From Pseudomonadota bacterium (GTDB taxonomy: Bacteria > Pseudomonadota > Alphaproteobacteria > Ferrovibrionales > Ferrovibrionaceae): a stretch of 57,905 bases of DNA. Below are positions 27,145-36,178 of this stretch, in pieces (within the stretch, counting starts at the first letter, position 1; every line of letters starts with the position of its first letter). Location: contig JAEYTW010000741.1 of NCBI GenBank assembly GCA_023433835.1, positions 1 to 57,905 on the forward strand, written 5' to 3'. Position numbers and translations under genes: made by a program. Under the pieces are notes generated by a model that saw only the letters and a list, made by a program, of their open reading frames with translations, was not told where the DNA came from and ran no database searches.

Positions 27145-27570
27145 ATGAACCTGACGTCTCTTTCCGCCGCCATTGTCACGGCCTATGTCAGCACCCACAC
27201 CGTGCCAGCCGACCAGCTGCCCGGGTTGATTGCCACCGTGCATGCGGCGCTCGCCGGCGAGGGCGGGACGGGGCTCGCCGTCGCCGCGCCGCCGGCGAAG
27301 CTGGAGCCCGCTGTGCCCGTCCGCAAGTCGATCACGCCCGAGTACATCGTCTGCCTCGAGGACGGGCGGCGCCTGAAGATGCTGAAGCGCTATCTGCGCA
27401 CCAATTTCAACCTGACGCCGGACCAATACCGCGAAAAGTGGGGCCTGCCAGCCGATTACCCGATGGTGGCGCCTGCTTATGCGCAGTCGCGATCGGACTG
27501 GGCCAAGAAGTCCGGCCTGGGCCTCGGTTCGCGCGGCCGGGCGAAGGCAGGGGTAAGCAGGAAGGGTTGA
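27145..27570 (+). CDS. Ros/MucR-family transcriptional regulator (variant lacking most zinc ligands)
   Basis: 141 aa. Hallmark C-terminus TPEYIVCLEDGRRLKMLKRYLRTNFNLTPDQYREKWGLPADYPMVAPAYAQSRSDWAKKSGLG. Confidence 0.85.
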   Translation: MNLTSLSAAIVTAYVSTHTVPADQLPGLIATVHAALAGEGGTGLAVAAPPAKLEPAVPVRKSITPEYIVCLEDGRRLKMLKRYLRTNFNLTPDQYREKWGLPADYPMVAPAYAQSRSDWAKKSGLGLGSRGRAKAGVSRKG

Positions 27571-27583
27571 GAGCCACCAGATT

Positions 27584-28861
27584 TTAGGTGGCCTTGATGA
27601 CCGGCAGCTCGTCAAACCTCGTCGTCCAGCGCGGCGATCGCCGTTCGGCCTGCTGCTGCCAGGTCCGACGCAGCCCGGTCGAAGCGATCCTGATCGTCTC
27701 TCTCCCCCAGTCCCGGTTGATGCGGTCGATCGCTGACATCAGAGCTGCCGATCGTGGTCGATCGCGGTCGACCAGCAGCGAACGCTGTTCACGCCCGGCC
27801 GGCACCAAGTCGGTCATCATGACACCCGCCTTGGAATATCGATGTCCGTCGCGCCAGCAGCTGGCGCCGGCGGCGACGGCCGCGGCGACCAGATCGCGAC
27901 TGTCGGCGCAGGCTTCCGGCAGGGTCATGGTCCTGCTCGCGGAATAGGGCGCATCGTACGGGCGGAATCGCGAAGTGTGCATGAAAACGGTCATCGCCGC
28001 ACCGACGACCCCATGACGACGCATCCGTTCGGCCGCGCGCATGGCGTAGCTGGCCAGCGCCTCGCGCATCGTTGGCCAGTCGGTAACGGGCCGGCCGAAC
28101 GACCTGGTCACCGCGGTCCCCTGGCGCGTCGGCGCGACGTGCTCGAGGGCCAGGCAGGACTGGCCGCGAAGCTCCATAGCGATCCTCGCGCCGACGATTG
28201 TCAGGACCTGCCGGGCGCGGTTGATGTCCAGGCCGGCCAGGTCGGCCGCGGTGCGCACGCCCAGCAGCTGGAGCTGGGCCGCGTAGGCCGGCCCGACACC
28301 CCAGACGTCACCGACGTCGATCGTGGGCAAGATCTCTGCCCGGGCTGCCGGATCGCGCAGATCGCAGACGCCGGCGAGCTCCGGCCGCCGTTTCGCAACG
28401 CGGTTGGCGACCTTGCTCAGCACCTTGGTCGGCCCGATGCCAATGCAGGTCGGTATGCCCACCCACTGCCGCACCTGGGCCCGTATCTCGCGGGCCCGGG
28501 CTACCAGGTCGCCGGGGACGTCGGTGAAGTCTAGAAAGCTCTCATCGATCGAATACTCCTCGACCGCCGGCGCCATGTCGCGCAGCACCGCCAGCACCCG
28601 GCGGCTCAGGTCGCCGTAGAGCTCATAGTTCGACGACATCACCACTACCTTGTGGGCGCGGCAGAGGTCACGAATCTGGAATAGCGGCGCCCCCATCTGG
28701 ATGCCCAATGCCTTGGCCTCGGCCGAGCGCGCGACCGCGCAGCCATCGTTGTTGCTCAAGACGATGACCGGTCGGCCTTCCAGGCGAGGCTGAAATACTC
28801 GTTCGCACGAAACATAGAAGTTGTTGCCGTCGCAGAGGGCGAAGACCGGCGCGCCCATCAT
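27584..28861 (-). CDS. umuC: Y-family translesion DNA polymerase UmuC
   Basis: 425 aa. [48 protein letters not shown]. 4-nt overlap with umuD. Confidence 0.9.
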   Translation of the reverse strand: MMGAPVFALCDGNNFYVSCERVFQPRLEGRPVIVLSNNDGCAVARSAEAKALGIQMGAPLFQIRDLCRAHKVVVMSSNYELYGDLSRRVLAVLRDMAPAVEEYSIDESFLDFTDVPGDLVARAREIRAQVRQWVGIPTCIGIGPTKVLSKVANRVAKRRPELAGVCDLRDPAARAEILPTIDVGDVWGVGPAYAAQLQLLGVRTAADLAGLDINRARQVLTIVGARIAMELRGQSCLALEHVAPTRQGTAVTRSFGRPVTDWPTMREALASYAMRAAERMRRHGVVGAAMTVFMHTSRFRPYDAPYSASRTMTLPEACADSRDLVAAAVAAGASCWRDGHRYSKAGVMMTDLVPAGREQRSLLVDRDRPRSAALMSAIDRINRDWGRETIRIASTGLRRTWQQQAERRSPRWTTRFDELPVIKAT

Positions 28862-29295
28862 CCGGCCTGGCGCAGCGAATGGATGACGTGGACGACGACA
28901 CCCCAGATCGTCAACTCGGCCCCCTCGGTCAGCGCGATCGGCTTGCCGGCCGGCGGATCGGACTGCAGCAGGATCTGGGGCCCGCGGCGAACCAGGCGTT
29001 TGCAGACCAGGTCGCCGTCAAGGATCGCTACAACGACGTCACCATTTCCCGGGCGCATCGACCGGTCAACGACGCCAAGATCTCCCTCGTGGATGCCAGC
29101 CCCCACCATGGATGAGCCGGCAAAGCGTACATAGAACGTCGCAGCGGGGCGCCGCACCAGGTGCTCCGACAGGTCGAGCGGCACTTCCTCGTACTCGGCC
29201 GCCGGCGACGGAAACCCGCAGGCGACGACGGCGCTGTAGCAGGGTAGCGCCGGCAGGTCTTCGAGCGGGTCGGTGATCAGAACGACGCGGCACAT
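28858..29295 (-). CDS. umuD: UmuD (LexA-like S24 peptidase)
   Basis: 145 aa. [28 protein letters not shown] (catalytic Ser), VCKRL (Lys). Confidence 0.85.
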   Translation of the reverse strand: MCRVVLITDPLEDLPALPCYSAVVACGFPSPAAEYEEVPLDLSEHLVRRPAATFYVRFAGSSMVGAGIHEGDLGVVDRSMRPGNGDVVVAILDGDLVCKRLVRRGPQILLQSDPPAGKPIALTEGAELTIWGVVVHVIHSLRQAG

Positions 29296-29319
29296 GCTGG
29301 ACTCTCCCGCCGATTTGAT

Positions 29320-29334
29320 GTTCTTATTTTGTTC
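29320..29334. promoter_or_regulatory. alphaproteobacterial-type LexA (SOS) box GTTC-N7-GTTC
   Basis: GTTCTTATTTTGTTC lies 25-39 nt upstream of the umuD start, in the umuD / 29406 divergent region. Confidence 0.65.
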
Positions 29335-29405
29335 TAAGCGATGCGGCCGGCTCTTGTCGACGACGAACAGACCGCCCCATCCACCAGCTGAACGGAGAAC
29401 CGCAG

Positions 29406-29666
29406 ATGAGCTTGATCAGCAACGATCAAGCCGCCCAGGTGCTGCGCTGGGCGGTCATGCTTTCTGACTTCGACGAGGCCGTCGCCGCGGCGATCGCTAA
29501 CCATCTTGGCGACCAGGTGCCCTCGGTCGACTACGACATCATCGACGTCGAGCGCGGGGCAGGCGGCATCGCCGCCGAGTTCCGCTTTCGCAAGCGCGAC
29601 CAGGCCGAGGCCTTCGGCACGGCATTCGGCGGTCAGGCGCGCACGGCAGCGACAGGCGCATCTTGA
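29406..29666 (+). CDS. hypothetical protein
   Basis: 86 aa ORF divergent from umuD. No motif. Confidence 0.4.
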   Translation: MSLISNDQAAQVLRWAVMLSDFDEAVAAAIANHLGDQVPSVDYDIIDVERGAGGIAAEFRFRKRDQAEAFGTAFGGQARTAATGAS

Positions 29667-29678
29667 AGGAGCCGTCTG

Positions 29679-29960
29679 ATGGCTGAACTTCCAGCGCTGC
29701 CGCACGACGGCGTCGACTATATCGGCGGCACTTTCTACAAGGGCGAGCCGAGTGGCAGGCCGGTCTTCTGCGCCTTCAAGATCCTGGGGGCAACGGATCG
29801 CTGGGTGGCCGGCTTGTTCGATGAGCCCGCCGGAGGCGGCTCGCCCCTAGAAACCCTCCGGCATCATTTCCAGGGATTACACCCGCTGCCGCAAATCACC
29901 GGCGAGCACATCCTGCGCGGTGCCTATCAGGTTGTGGGCAAGAAGGTGGTCAAGGTGTAG
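29679..29960 (+). CDS. hypothetical protein
   Basis: 93 aa ORF 12 nt after the previous one. Confidence 0.4.
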   Translation: MAELPALPHDGVDYIGGTFYKGEPSGRPVFCAFKILGATDRWVAGLFDEPAGGGSPLETLRHHFQGLHPLPQITGEHILRGAYQVVGKKVVKV

Positions 29961-29967
29961 TTGGCAG

Positions 29968-30294
29968 TTACCGCGCGCCGCCGGCGCGAGCGCGCCCAGG
30001 CGGGATCACTTCGTCAATCAGCTCGGGCCGCCACAGCGCGACGATCGCATTGAATGCCGCCTCGTAGCCGAGCGTGTCGGGGTAGATCTTGTTGCGCGAC
30101 AGCCAGGCGAACACGGTCACCATGTCCTCGGCGATCGCGTCGTCGACCCCCCAAAGCGTTGTCAGTTCGAAACCACCGCACTGGGCAGCATTCCACCAGG
30201 CCAGCAGGAAATCTGCAGCACGCCGGGATTGGTCGGTATCAGACATCGCATGGGCGATCAGGCGCTCGAGGGCTTGCTTCTCGGTCTCGGTCAC
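29968..30294 (-). CDS. conserved-looking hypothetical protein
   Basis: 108 aa. QSRRAADFLLAWWNAAQCGGFELTTLWGVDDAIAEDM. I recall similar small proteins on ICEs and plasmids but cannot name the family. Confidence 0.5.
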   Translation of the reverse strand: MTETEKQALERLIAHAMSDTDQSRRAADFLLAWWNAAQCGGFELTTLWGVDDAIAEDMVTVFAWLSRNKIYPDTLGYEAAFNAIVALWRPELIDEVIPPGRARAGGAR

Positions 30295-30485
30295 GTTGCA
30301 ATCCCAGTGCAGAGGAAATCGTCATGATCATCGCTCAATGGCTGTGATGATTCCAGCCTCGGTGACAGGGCCGCCAATCAAATTCGCCGTTGGCAGCGGG
30401 TCCGGCCGCATGCAGCCTTATCCATGCTCCATCGGATCTGCCAGGCCGTCTGGAAGGCCAACTTGTAACTATTCCTCACAAGTTC

Positions 30486-30514
30486 AAAAAGCGAGGGGCG
30501 CCCGAAGGCGCCCC
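30486..30514 (-). terminator. intrinsic terminator of the secreted repeat-protein gene
   Basis: Perfect stem GGGGCGCC-CGAA-GGCGCCCC, followed on the minus strand by a T-run (GCTTTTTG), 27 nt past the stop at 30541. A second hairpin AACTTGT/ACAAGTT is adjacent. Confidence 0.7.
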
Positions 30515-30540
30515 CCTATGCACGCTGGTCAGCGGCTGCC

Positions 30541-32385
30541 TCAGGGCACAGCGAACCGTGTGATCGCGACGCTGCGGCCGTTGGGCAACCTGATGCTGCC
30601 CGTGGTAGCCGAGGTGAACTGGATGGTCGCCATCCCGCGCCCGCCGGCGACGACCAGCCCAGTACCGGCGCCGCCCGACAGCGGCGGGCCGCCGCTGAAC
30701 TCGGTCAGGGTGGCTTCGAACAGAGGGATGCTCCCGCCGAAAGTCCCGACGCTCGTGTACAGGCCTTGCGCGATGTACCAGACAGGCCGGCCGGTGGTCT
30801 CGTACATGTAGCCGGCGACGAACGCCTGGCCATAGGTTGTGCCCGACTGGACGACCGAGTTCTGCGTTTCCACGAACCAGCCGCGGCCGCCTTCGTCGGC
30901 AGACCACCACCAGCCCGCCTGCGGGGCAAAGGCGGGGGGAGCTGAAATCGACGTGCCATTGATGGCATACCGCTGGATTGAGAAGCTCGGCCGACCCGTC
31001 ACCGTGACCGTCGCGGTTGTGGACGACGTGAAGGCGACGCTCATCGTGCCGCCGGCGCCCGGCGTGGCCGTCGGCGCTTGATAGGCGCCGCCGAGCGAGA
31101 TCCCGTTTCGATACTCGTCGATCGGTCCCGTGCACGTGTTCGAGGTGGTCAGCGCGCAGCTCGTCACGTACCAGATGGCCTGGCCAGCGGTATTGTAGGT
31201 GAAGTCGCCGATGAAGCAGCGGCCGTTTGAGCTGCTGCATTCGATCGAGAAGCCCGTTCCGCCGTTGGCGGGTTCCCACCACCACCCGACTTCAGGGGTT
31301 GCCAATCGCCGAACAGCAGGCACAGCGGCGACCGTCGTGATAGCCGCATCCGATGTCGCCTGCCGGGACGAGAGCGTTCCGCTCGCGAGCGACCAGGTGC
31401 CGACGGTAGATGCCGGTAGACCACCGATCGGTCCGGCAGTGTAGAGGACGTCCCCGGCAGCGGACACACTGGCACTGGTCACCTGGCCGTCGACGTAGTC
31501 GTTGGTCACGGTGCCGCTGGCCAGCGAGATCCTCTGCGCTTTGGTGCCGGTCGCGGCGAAGGCGACAGTGCCGTCCTGGCTGAGCGAAAGGGTATTCACG
31601 CCAGGGGCGGCAACGCTTTTCGTCACGATGCCGTCGGCGGAGACGACCATCACGGTCCCGCCCTTGTTCCAGATGACATAATTAGCGGCGCCGGCGGAGC
31701 CTGTGTCGGCGATTCCGTGCAGCGCCCAAGGCCCGTATAGGCGGGTGCCATCAGCCGCTTTGAGCGGCACCGACTTCGTTATGGCGCCGTTGGAAAGGTC
31801 GACCGTCGCGATCAAGTAGGGGATCTTTCCCTGGAAAATCGCGGAGGTGTCCGACACGTCCATGGCGAGCAGGCTGGCCGTCGCCGACGAGGGCGACACG
31901 GCTACAGCGTACGTTTCGAGACCGAGCGATGCGATATCCGCGCCGGTCTGCAGGTTGACGATCTTAGCCCCCTGGACATTGGAGCCATTGAGGGTCACCA
32001 GCGAGCTCGACACGAGCCGCTTGCCGTCCTGGCTGACGTCCCAGCCATAGGGCATGCTCAAGGCGGTCGAGACTGCTCCAACAAGCGCCTTCGTGCTCGC
32101 GTTGATGCAATACGCGCCTGCACTGTCGGCGGTGCAGACCAGCGATCCGTCAGGAATCTGGCGGATCGGGCGCGGCGCGGCCCAACCTGTGACATTGCCT
32201 CGAACGGCCGCCCCGAATGCGGTAGTCGCGCCTGTCGACGTGTCGAAGCTGTAAAGCGCCGACGGGCTCCCCAAGATGACCGTTTCGGCACTGACCGGCG
32301 ATGCGGCGAAGGCGGCCGCGGTCGCGAGGCTTGCCAGGAGCGCTCCCCCACGGTCGCGCCAGCCTGATGATAAGGAAAACTGCAT
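30541..32385 (-). CDS. secreted protein: beta-propeller-like N-half plus duplicated GWWW C-terminal domain
   Basis: ATG at 32385 with RBS AAGAGGA 7 nt upstream (614 aa). Signal peptide ...AAAFAASPVSA|ET. The N-half is Ser/Thr/Gly/Val-rich with repeated D-G-(S/T/K) beta-strand motifs. The C-half carries two domains of about 110-125 aa starting GWWWEPANGGTGFSIE and GWWWSADEGGRGWFVE. Confidence 0.7.
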   Translation of the reverse strand: MQFSLSSGWRDRGGALLASLATAAAFAASPVSAETVILGSPSALYSFDTSTGATTAFGAAVRGNVTGWAAPRPIRQIPDGSLVCTADSAGAYCINASTKALVGAVSTALSMPYGWDVSQDGKRLVSSSLVTLNGSNVQGAKIVNLQTGADIASLGLETYAVAVSPSSATASLLAMDVSDTSAIFQGKIPYLIATVDLSNGAITKSVPLKAADGTRLYGPWALHGIADTGSAGAANYVIWNKGGTVMVVSADGIVTKSVAAPGVNTLSLSQDGTVAFAATGTKAQRISLASGTVTNDYVDGQVTSASVSAAGDVLYTAGPIGGLPASTVGTWSLASGTLSSRQATSDAAITTVAAVPAVRRLATPEVGWWWEPANGGTGFSIECSSSNGRCFIGDFTYNTAGQAIWYVTSCALTTSNTCTGPIDEYRNGISLGGAYQAPTATPGAGGTMSVAFTSSTTATVTVTGRPSFSIQRYAINGTSISAPPAFAPQAGWWWSADEGGRGWFVETQNSVVQSGTTYGQAFVAGYMYETTGRPVWYIAQGLYTSVGTFGGSIPLFEATLTEFSGGPPLSGGAGTGLVVAGGRGMATIQFTSATTGSIRLPNGRSVAITRFAVP

Positions 32386-32741
32386 AACGGTCCTCTTTCT
32401 ACGCATGTGTTTGAAAGGTTCTGGTTGGTCTTGCGGGGGTGCCTGTGGCTGTCGAGGGCAACGAGCCTGGCCAGTGTGCCAGTAGCCCCGCCGCCCCAGC
32501 TCAGCGACTGTGTCGCCGGCTGCCCACCTGGTCGGCAGGCGGCCGAGCCAGGTCGTGTTCATGCCGCCGCGGTTCGAGCCTGCCGTCGGCGAAAATGCGC
32601 CCGGCTCGCCAAGCCGGTGACAACTCCAAAACGCTGATCATGCTCGCCCCTTCCCTTACGGCGCTGGATTGTACAATGGTAAAGTCGTACTGCCGCAAAA
32701 AATTGCGGTCGTTCGTCCTTCCAGGGAGGGCTTGGGATCGC

Positions 32742-33080
32742 TTAGGGGTCTTTGCGTTTGGCTTTCGAGCGTGCCAAGCGGACACCAACGCCGCCGGCAT
32801 GGTCGTCAACCAAGAACTGCAGCCCTTCGCGCTCCATCGTCTCCTGGATTGCTGCCAAATTGGTCGCCCGCAGCCGCGGTACGCCGTCGGCACGCGCAGC
32901 GCGCGTGACGGTTGCCTCCCCCAGCCCGCACGCTTCGGCGAGCTGCTGGTGGGTCCAACCGAGGGCAACCAACCCCATGCGGATATGCAGTCCAGTGAGC
33001 ATGCGCGCACTGTGCCCGAATGACTGGCGCGGCGCCACTGCCGATTGCCTACCCCGCATATGTGATCGTCCATCCATCAT
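32742..33080 (-). CDS. HTH (XRE-like) DNA-binding protein
   Basis: 112 aa. GWTHQQLAEACGLGEATVTRAARADG. The C-terminal EREGLQF..GVGVRL resembles the ORF at 36179. Preferred over the overlapping 32501..33073 ORF. Confidence 0.6.
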   Translation of the reverse strand: MMDGRSHMRGRQSAVAPRQSFGHSARMLTGLHIRMGLVALGWTHQQLAEACGLGEATVTRAARADGVPRLRATNLAAIQETMEREGLQFLVDDHAGGVGVRLARSKAKRKDP

Positions 33081-33118
33081 TCGACGTTGCAGACTAATTC
33101 AGAACTGATATCCTGGCA

Positions 33119-33130
33119 ATCATTAATGAT
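33119..33130. promoter_or_regulatory. 12-bp palindrome ATCATTAATGAT in the divergent promoter region
   Basis: Read directly. Lies between the HTH gene (minus strand) and the 33183 gene (plus strand). Confidence 0.35.
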
Positions 33131-33182
33131 CATCCAAGAGGGTATAGATGATCGCCGGGGCGTCAACGGTATTTCTGGGTAG

Positions 33183-33479
33183 GTGATGGACCGTCTGCAC
33201 ATGGTTGCGACCAAGCTGCCAAGCATGACGGTCGCGGTAGGCTGGGATGCGTCTCTCGGGACGTTCTTCGCCCAGGTGCTCCGCGCCAGGGTCGACTTCT
33301 CGGGCGGGAGTGACGATCGACTGATCGTTCGCTTGGGAACCCGGCCGGGCGAGATTCCAGCCCCGGAACACCTCGTCGAACCGCTCAAGCCCTATGCGGT
33401 GATCACGCCGGAAATCATCGCGCTTTTGCGATCAGACCAGGCCGGCCGCGCTGAAGCTGCTGGGGAGGGTCGCCGATGA
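33183..33479 (+). CDS. hypothetical protein
   Basis: 98 aa. MTVAVGWDASLGTFFAQV... An internal start is possible. Confidence 0.4.
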   Translation: MMDRLHMVATKLPSMTVAVGWDASLGTFFAQVLRARVDFSGGSDDRLIVRLGTRPGEIPAPEHLVEPLKPYAVITPEIIALLRSDQAGRAEAAGEGRR

Positions 33480-33593
33480 GGTCCGTTATGCTCGCCGGCG
33501 CCGAGCTCGAGGACCAGGACGCCTACGCCGTCCGCTGCGGCGGCTTTCGCTGGCGCCAGCTACGGCCAGGTCCATAACTCAGCTTGTTGGCAC

Positions 33594-34157
33594 ATGAGGA
33601 AGATGATGAAGAAGTCGATGGCATGCTTCGCCCTTGCAGCAGCGACAGCCTGGGGATGGTTCATGTGGCACTGCGAGCACGTCCTGGCCCAGGCAGCATT
33701 TCAGCCGGGGGCAACCTACCAGACATGTTTTACCCCGCAGGACGATTGCGAAAGCATGATCGTTGGCGCCATCGGCGCAGCGCAGCAACAGATCCTCGTG
33801 CAGGCCTATAGCTTTACGTCGCGCCGCATCGCCGCCGCGCTTGTGAGCGCGAAGCAGCGGGGCCTAGACGTTGCGGTGCTGCTCGATGACGGTCAGCGGA
33901 CGGACCGCTATTCCCAGGCCAGCACGTTGCGGAAAGCGAACATCCCAATTCTGGTCGACGACGGCACCTCCAATGGTCATGCCCATTCCAAGGTGATGGT
34001 TCTCGACAATGCCGTGCTGACCGGGTCGTACAACTTCTCGGCCTCGGCACAGCGCCGCAACAATGAGAACATCATCCTGATCAAGGGGGATGACAGACTC
34101 ACAGCGCAGTTCACGGCGAATTGGAAAGCTCGCCGCGAAGTCTCGAGGCCCTATTGA
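33594..34157 (+). CDS. nuc: phospholipase D-family periplasmic endonuclease (Nuc-like)
   Basis: 187 aa. Signal peptide. HKD motif GHAHSKVMVLDNAVLTGSYNFSASAQRRNNEN. Size and architecture match plasmid Nuc (pKM101 type). Confidence 0.85.
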   Translation: MRKMMKKSMACFALAAATAWGWFMWHCEHVLAQAAFQPGATYQTCFTPQDDCESMIVGAIGAAQQQILVQAYSFTSRRIAAALVSAKQRGLDVAVLLDDGQRTDRYSQASTLRKANIPILVDDGTSNGHAHSKVMVLDNAVLTGSYNFSASAQRRNNENIILIKGDDRLTAQFTANWKARREVSRPY

Positions 34158-34537
34158 TGCCTGCAGGACCCATCATCATGTCAGAGCGGAAAACAGTCGA
34201 CCCGATAGTTACCTGGCGGGAGCTGACAGAGGATCAGAAAGAGAAGATCGGGACCGCGTGTATCGCGTTGGTCTTGGGGTTGCTCGGCACCATGCAGCAG
34301 ATGGCGCCGCGTCAGGGATTTTTTGCTGCCGAGGTCGAAGGGCTTCAGCTCGCCGCGGACGCGCTGGCCGAGGCTGCGCCTAGCGCCTTCGTCGAAGGGG
34401 CTGCACGGCTACCGGATCTTGGTGTGCTGGGGGTTCGTGCCTGCCGTGAATGCGGCTGTACCGACCAGTGCGGTTGCGACGTCCAATGTCATTGGGTTGC
34501 CGACGACCTTTGCTCAAGTTGCAGGGGAGCAGGATAG
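34157..34537 (+). CDS. small Cys-rich (putative zinc-binding) protein
   Basis: The ATG at 34157 overlaps the nuc TGA (TGATG). C-terminus CRECGCTDQCGCDVQCHWVADDLCSSC. Confidence 0.5.
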   Translation: MPAGPIIMSERKTVDPIVTWRELTEDQKEKIGTACIALVLGLLGTMQQMAPRQGFFAAEVEGLQLAADALAEAAPSAFVEGAARLPDLGVLGVRACRECGCTDQCGCDVQCHWVADDLCSSCRGAG

Positions 34538-34576
34538 AACCTTGCCGTCGGCTCGTTCGCAGGCTGACGGTGTGGC

Positions 34577-34768
34577 TCACCAGGCCTGGAAGTATGACCT
34601 GCCCTGGCGGGCACGATGCCGAGCCACCGCAGCGTCGAATTCAGGCGAATGCCTACCGGGGGTCGCCGCCGGATTGGTTTTGCGCGCCTTGATTTCGGCA
34701 AGGAGTTTCTCGGCTTCCGCCTTGAACGGATTGACCTGAGAGGCAGTCTCGTTCGAATTCATGGTCAT
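34577..34768 (-). CDS. small hypothetical protein
   Basis: About 63 aa from the ATG at 34768 (GGAGCG 5 nt upstream). Helical KAEAEKLLAEIKARK. Weak evidence. Confidence 0.3.
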   Translation of the reverse strand: MTMNSNETASQVNPFKAEAEKLLAEIKARKTNPAATPGRHSPEFDAAVARHRARQGRSYFQAW

Positions 34769-34836
34769 TGATCGCTCCGACATCGTCAGATCCTTGATTC
34801 TATCCAACGGAGAATCCACCTCCAACTAAAATCAGA

Positions 34837-34863
34837 CCAATGATAGGATTTTCATCCTATTGG
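34837..34863. repeat. imperfect hairpin in a low-GC patch at the ligase truncation boundary
   Basis: CCAATGATAGGAT-TTTC-ATCCTATTGG with one bulged base. Confidence 0.35.
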
Positions 34864-35026
34864 TGAATTTCAATTTGTCTCTTCGAATTTTGCTCGAGTA
34901 GAGGTCCGTCGGACCGACCACCAGCGGATAGGAACACGCTTTAGGAGCTGGGAACCGTCAGTCGAAATACCAGTTGAATCGCCGCTTTTGCGGAGGCCTA
35001 CGACATGAGAAAGAAGATCAAGGCCG

Positions 35027-35746
35027 ATGCCACGACGCCGGCTATGGACACAAGGCATCAGCAGGATGTCGTTGCTGAAGGAGGCGCTCCAAGAGCCCGA
35101 TCCGACGCAGATCATCGGCCAGTGTTTCGACCTGTTATGGCTTAACGGGGAAGATCTTCGGCCCAAGCCCCTGGTCGAGCGGCGAACGGCGTTGCAGCGG
35201 CTTATCGGACCCGACCGGCCGCGCATCCGCTTCAGCCACGCGCTCGAGACGAACACCTCGGCCGAGATGTTCGCGAAAGCCTGCGAAATGGGTCTCGAAG
35301 GCATCATGGTCAAGAACGAGGCCTCGCCCTATCGGTCAGGTCGGCAGAAGTCCTGGTGCAAGGTGCGGTGCCAAGAAGCCCTGGATTTCATCGTCGTTGG
35401 CTATTTCCTGGCTGCGAACGACCCGAGTGCGGTCGGATCGCTTATACTCGCCGCTTACGACGATGTCGGCATGCTGCGCCGCGTCGGCAGCGTGGGCACG
35501 GGGAGGACACCGGAAGCAGCGAGAGATCTACGCCGGCGCCTGGAAAATCGGAAGACCAGCCGGAACCCGTTCCGTGAGCTGCCGCGGGATCGCGGCGTCC
35601 AGTACCTCGAGACGGTGACAGTGGCAGAGGTGGCGACGCGGGGGTGGCTCGGCGGTGAGCTGCGACATGCATCGTTCCGCGGTTTGCGGGACGATAGGCC
35701 GGCGCGCCAGGTGCTTTTGGAACGGCCGGGCGATCGCCGGCGCTGA
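35027..35746 (+). pseudogene. 5'-truncated ATP-dependent DNA ligase (LigD ligase-domain remnant)
   Basis: Contains motifs FDLLWLNGEDLRPKPLVERR, GLEGIMVKNEASPYRSGR, SWCKVRC and the OB-domain part (FIVVGY...GSLILAAY). The adenylation lysine motif (KxDG) and everything N-terminal to it are missing. In-frame stop at 35006-35008. Confidence 0.6.
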
Positions 35747-35760
35747 CCATTGCCGGCGGC

Positions 35761-36120
35761 CTACCGGGCCAGAGCTTGGCGATCGATCGGGCCAGGCGCA
35801 GCGGTGGGTGTCGGCAGGACATGCTTACGGATCAGCACCTCGAGCTCGTCGAGGGCGGCGGTGTAGGCGGCCTGGTAGTGCTCTGCAGGGCTGTCGCCCT
35901 CGTTGATGGCCATCTGGGCCAGGCACAGTGCGATCGCCGCGCGGCCGACGGCCTCTTGCGTTTGCGATGTCAGGCCGCGCCAGCTATCTGCGATTGGAAT
36001 CGGGGCGGGCGCGTCACAGGGTGAGCCAACTGAAATATTCTTTTTAGGTCTCATGACAGCGATTATATAGCCGGTAGCATTCATATTCGATCTTAAGAGC
36101 TTCAAAATCGCTAATGGCAT
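35761..36120 (-). CDS. hypothetical protein
   Basis: 119 aa ORF divergent from the HTH gene. A shorter start (MRPKK) is possible. Confidence 0.35.
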   Translation of the reverse strand: MPLAILKLLRSNMNATGYIIAVMRPKKNISVGSPCDAPAPIPIADSWRGLTSQTQEAVGRAAIALCLAQMAINEGDSPAEHYQAAYTAALDELEVLIRKHVLPTPTAAPGPIDRQALAR

Positions 36121-36178
36121 GATCTTGCTGGAGAAATCGGCCGTTGCTTGAACGAACTTCGGTCGCTAAAGCCGCCCG

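Noticed and set aside
32501-33073. 190-aa minus-strand ORF overlapping the HTH gene
   Set aside because: It is a different frame of the same region with low-complexity Arg/Ser/Trp-rich sequence. The 32742..33080 frame contains a clear HTH.
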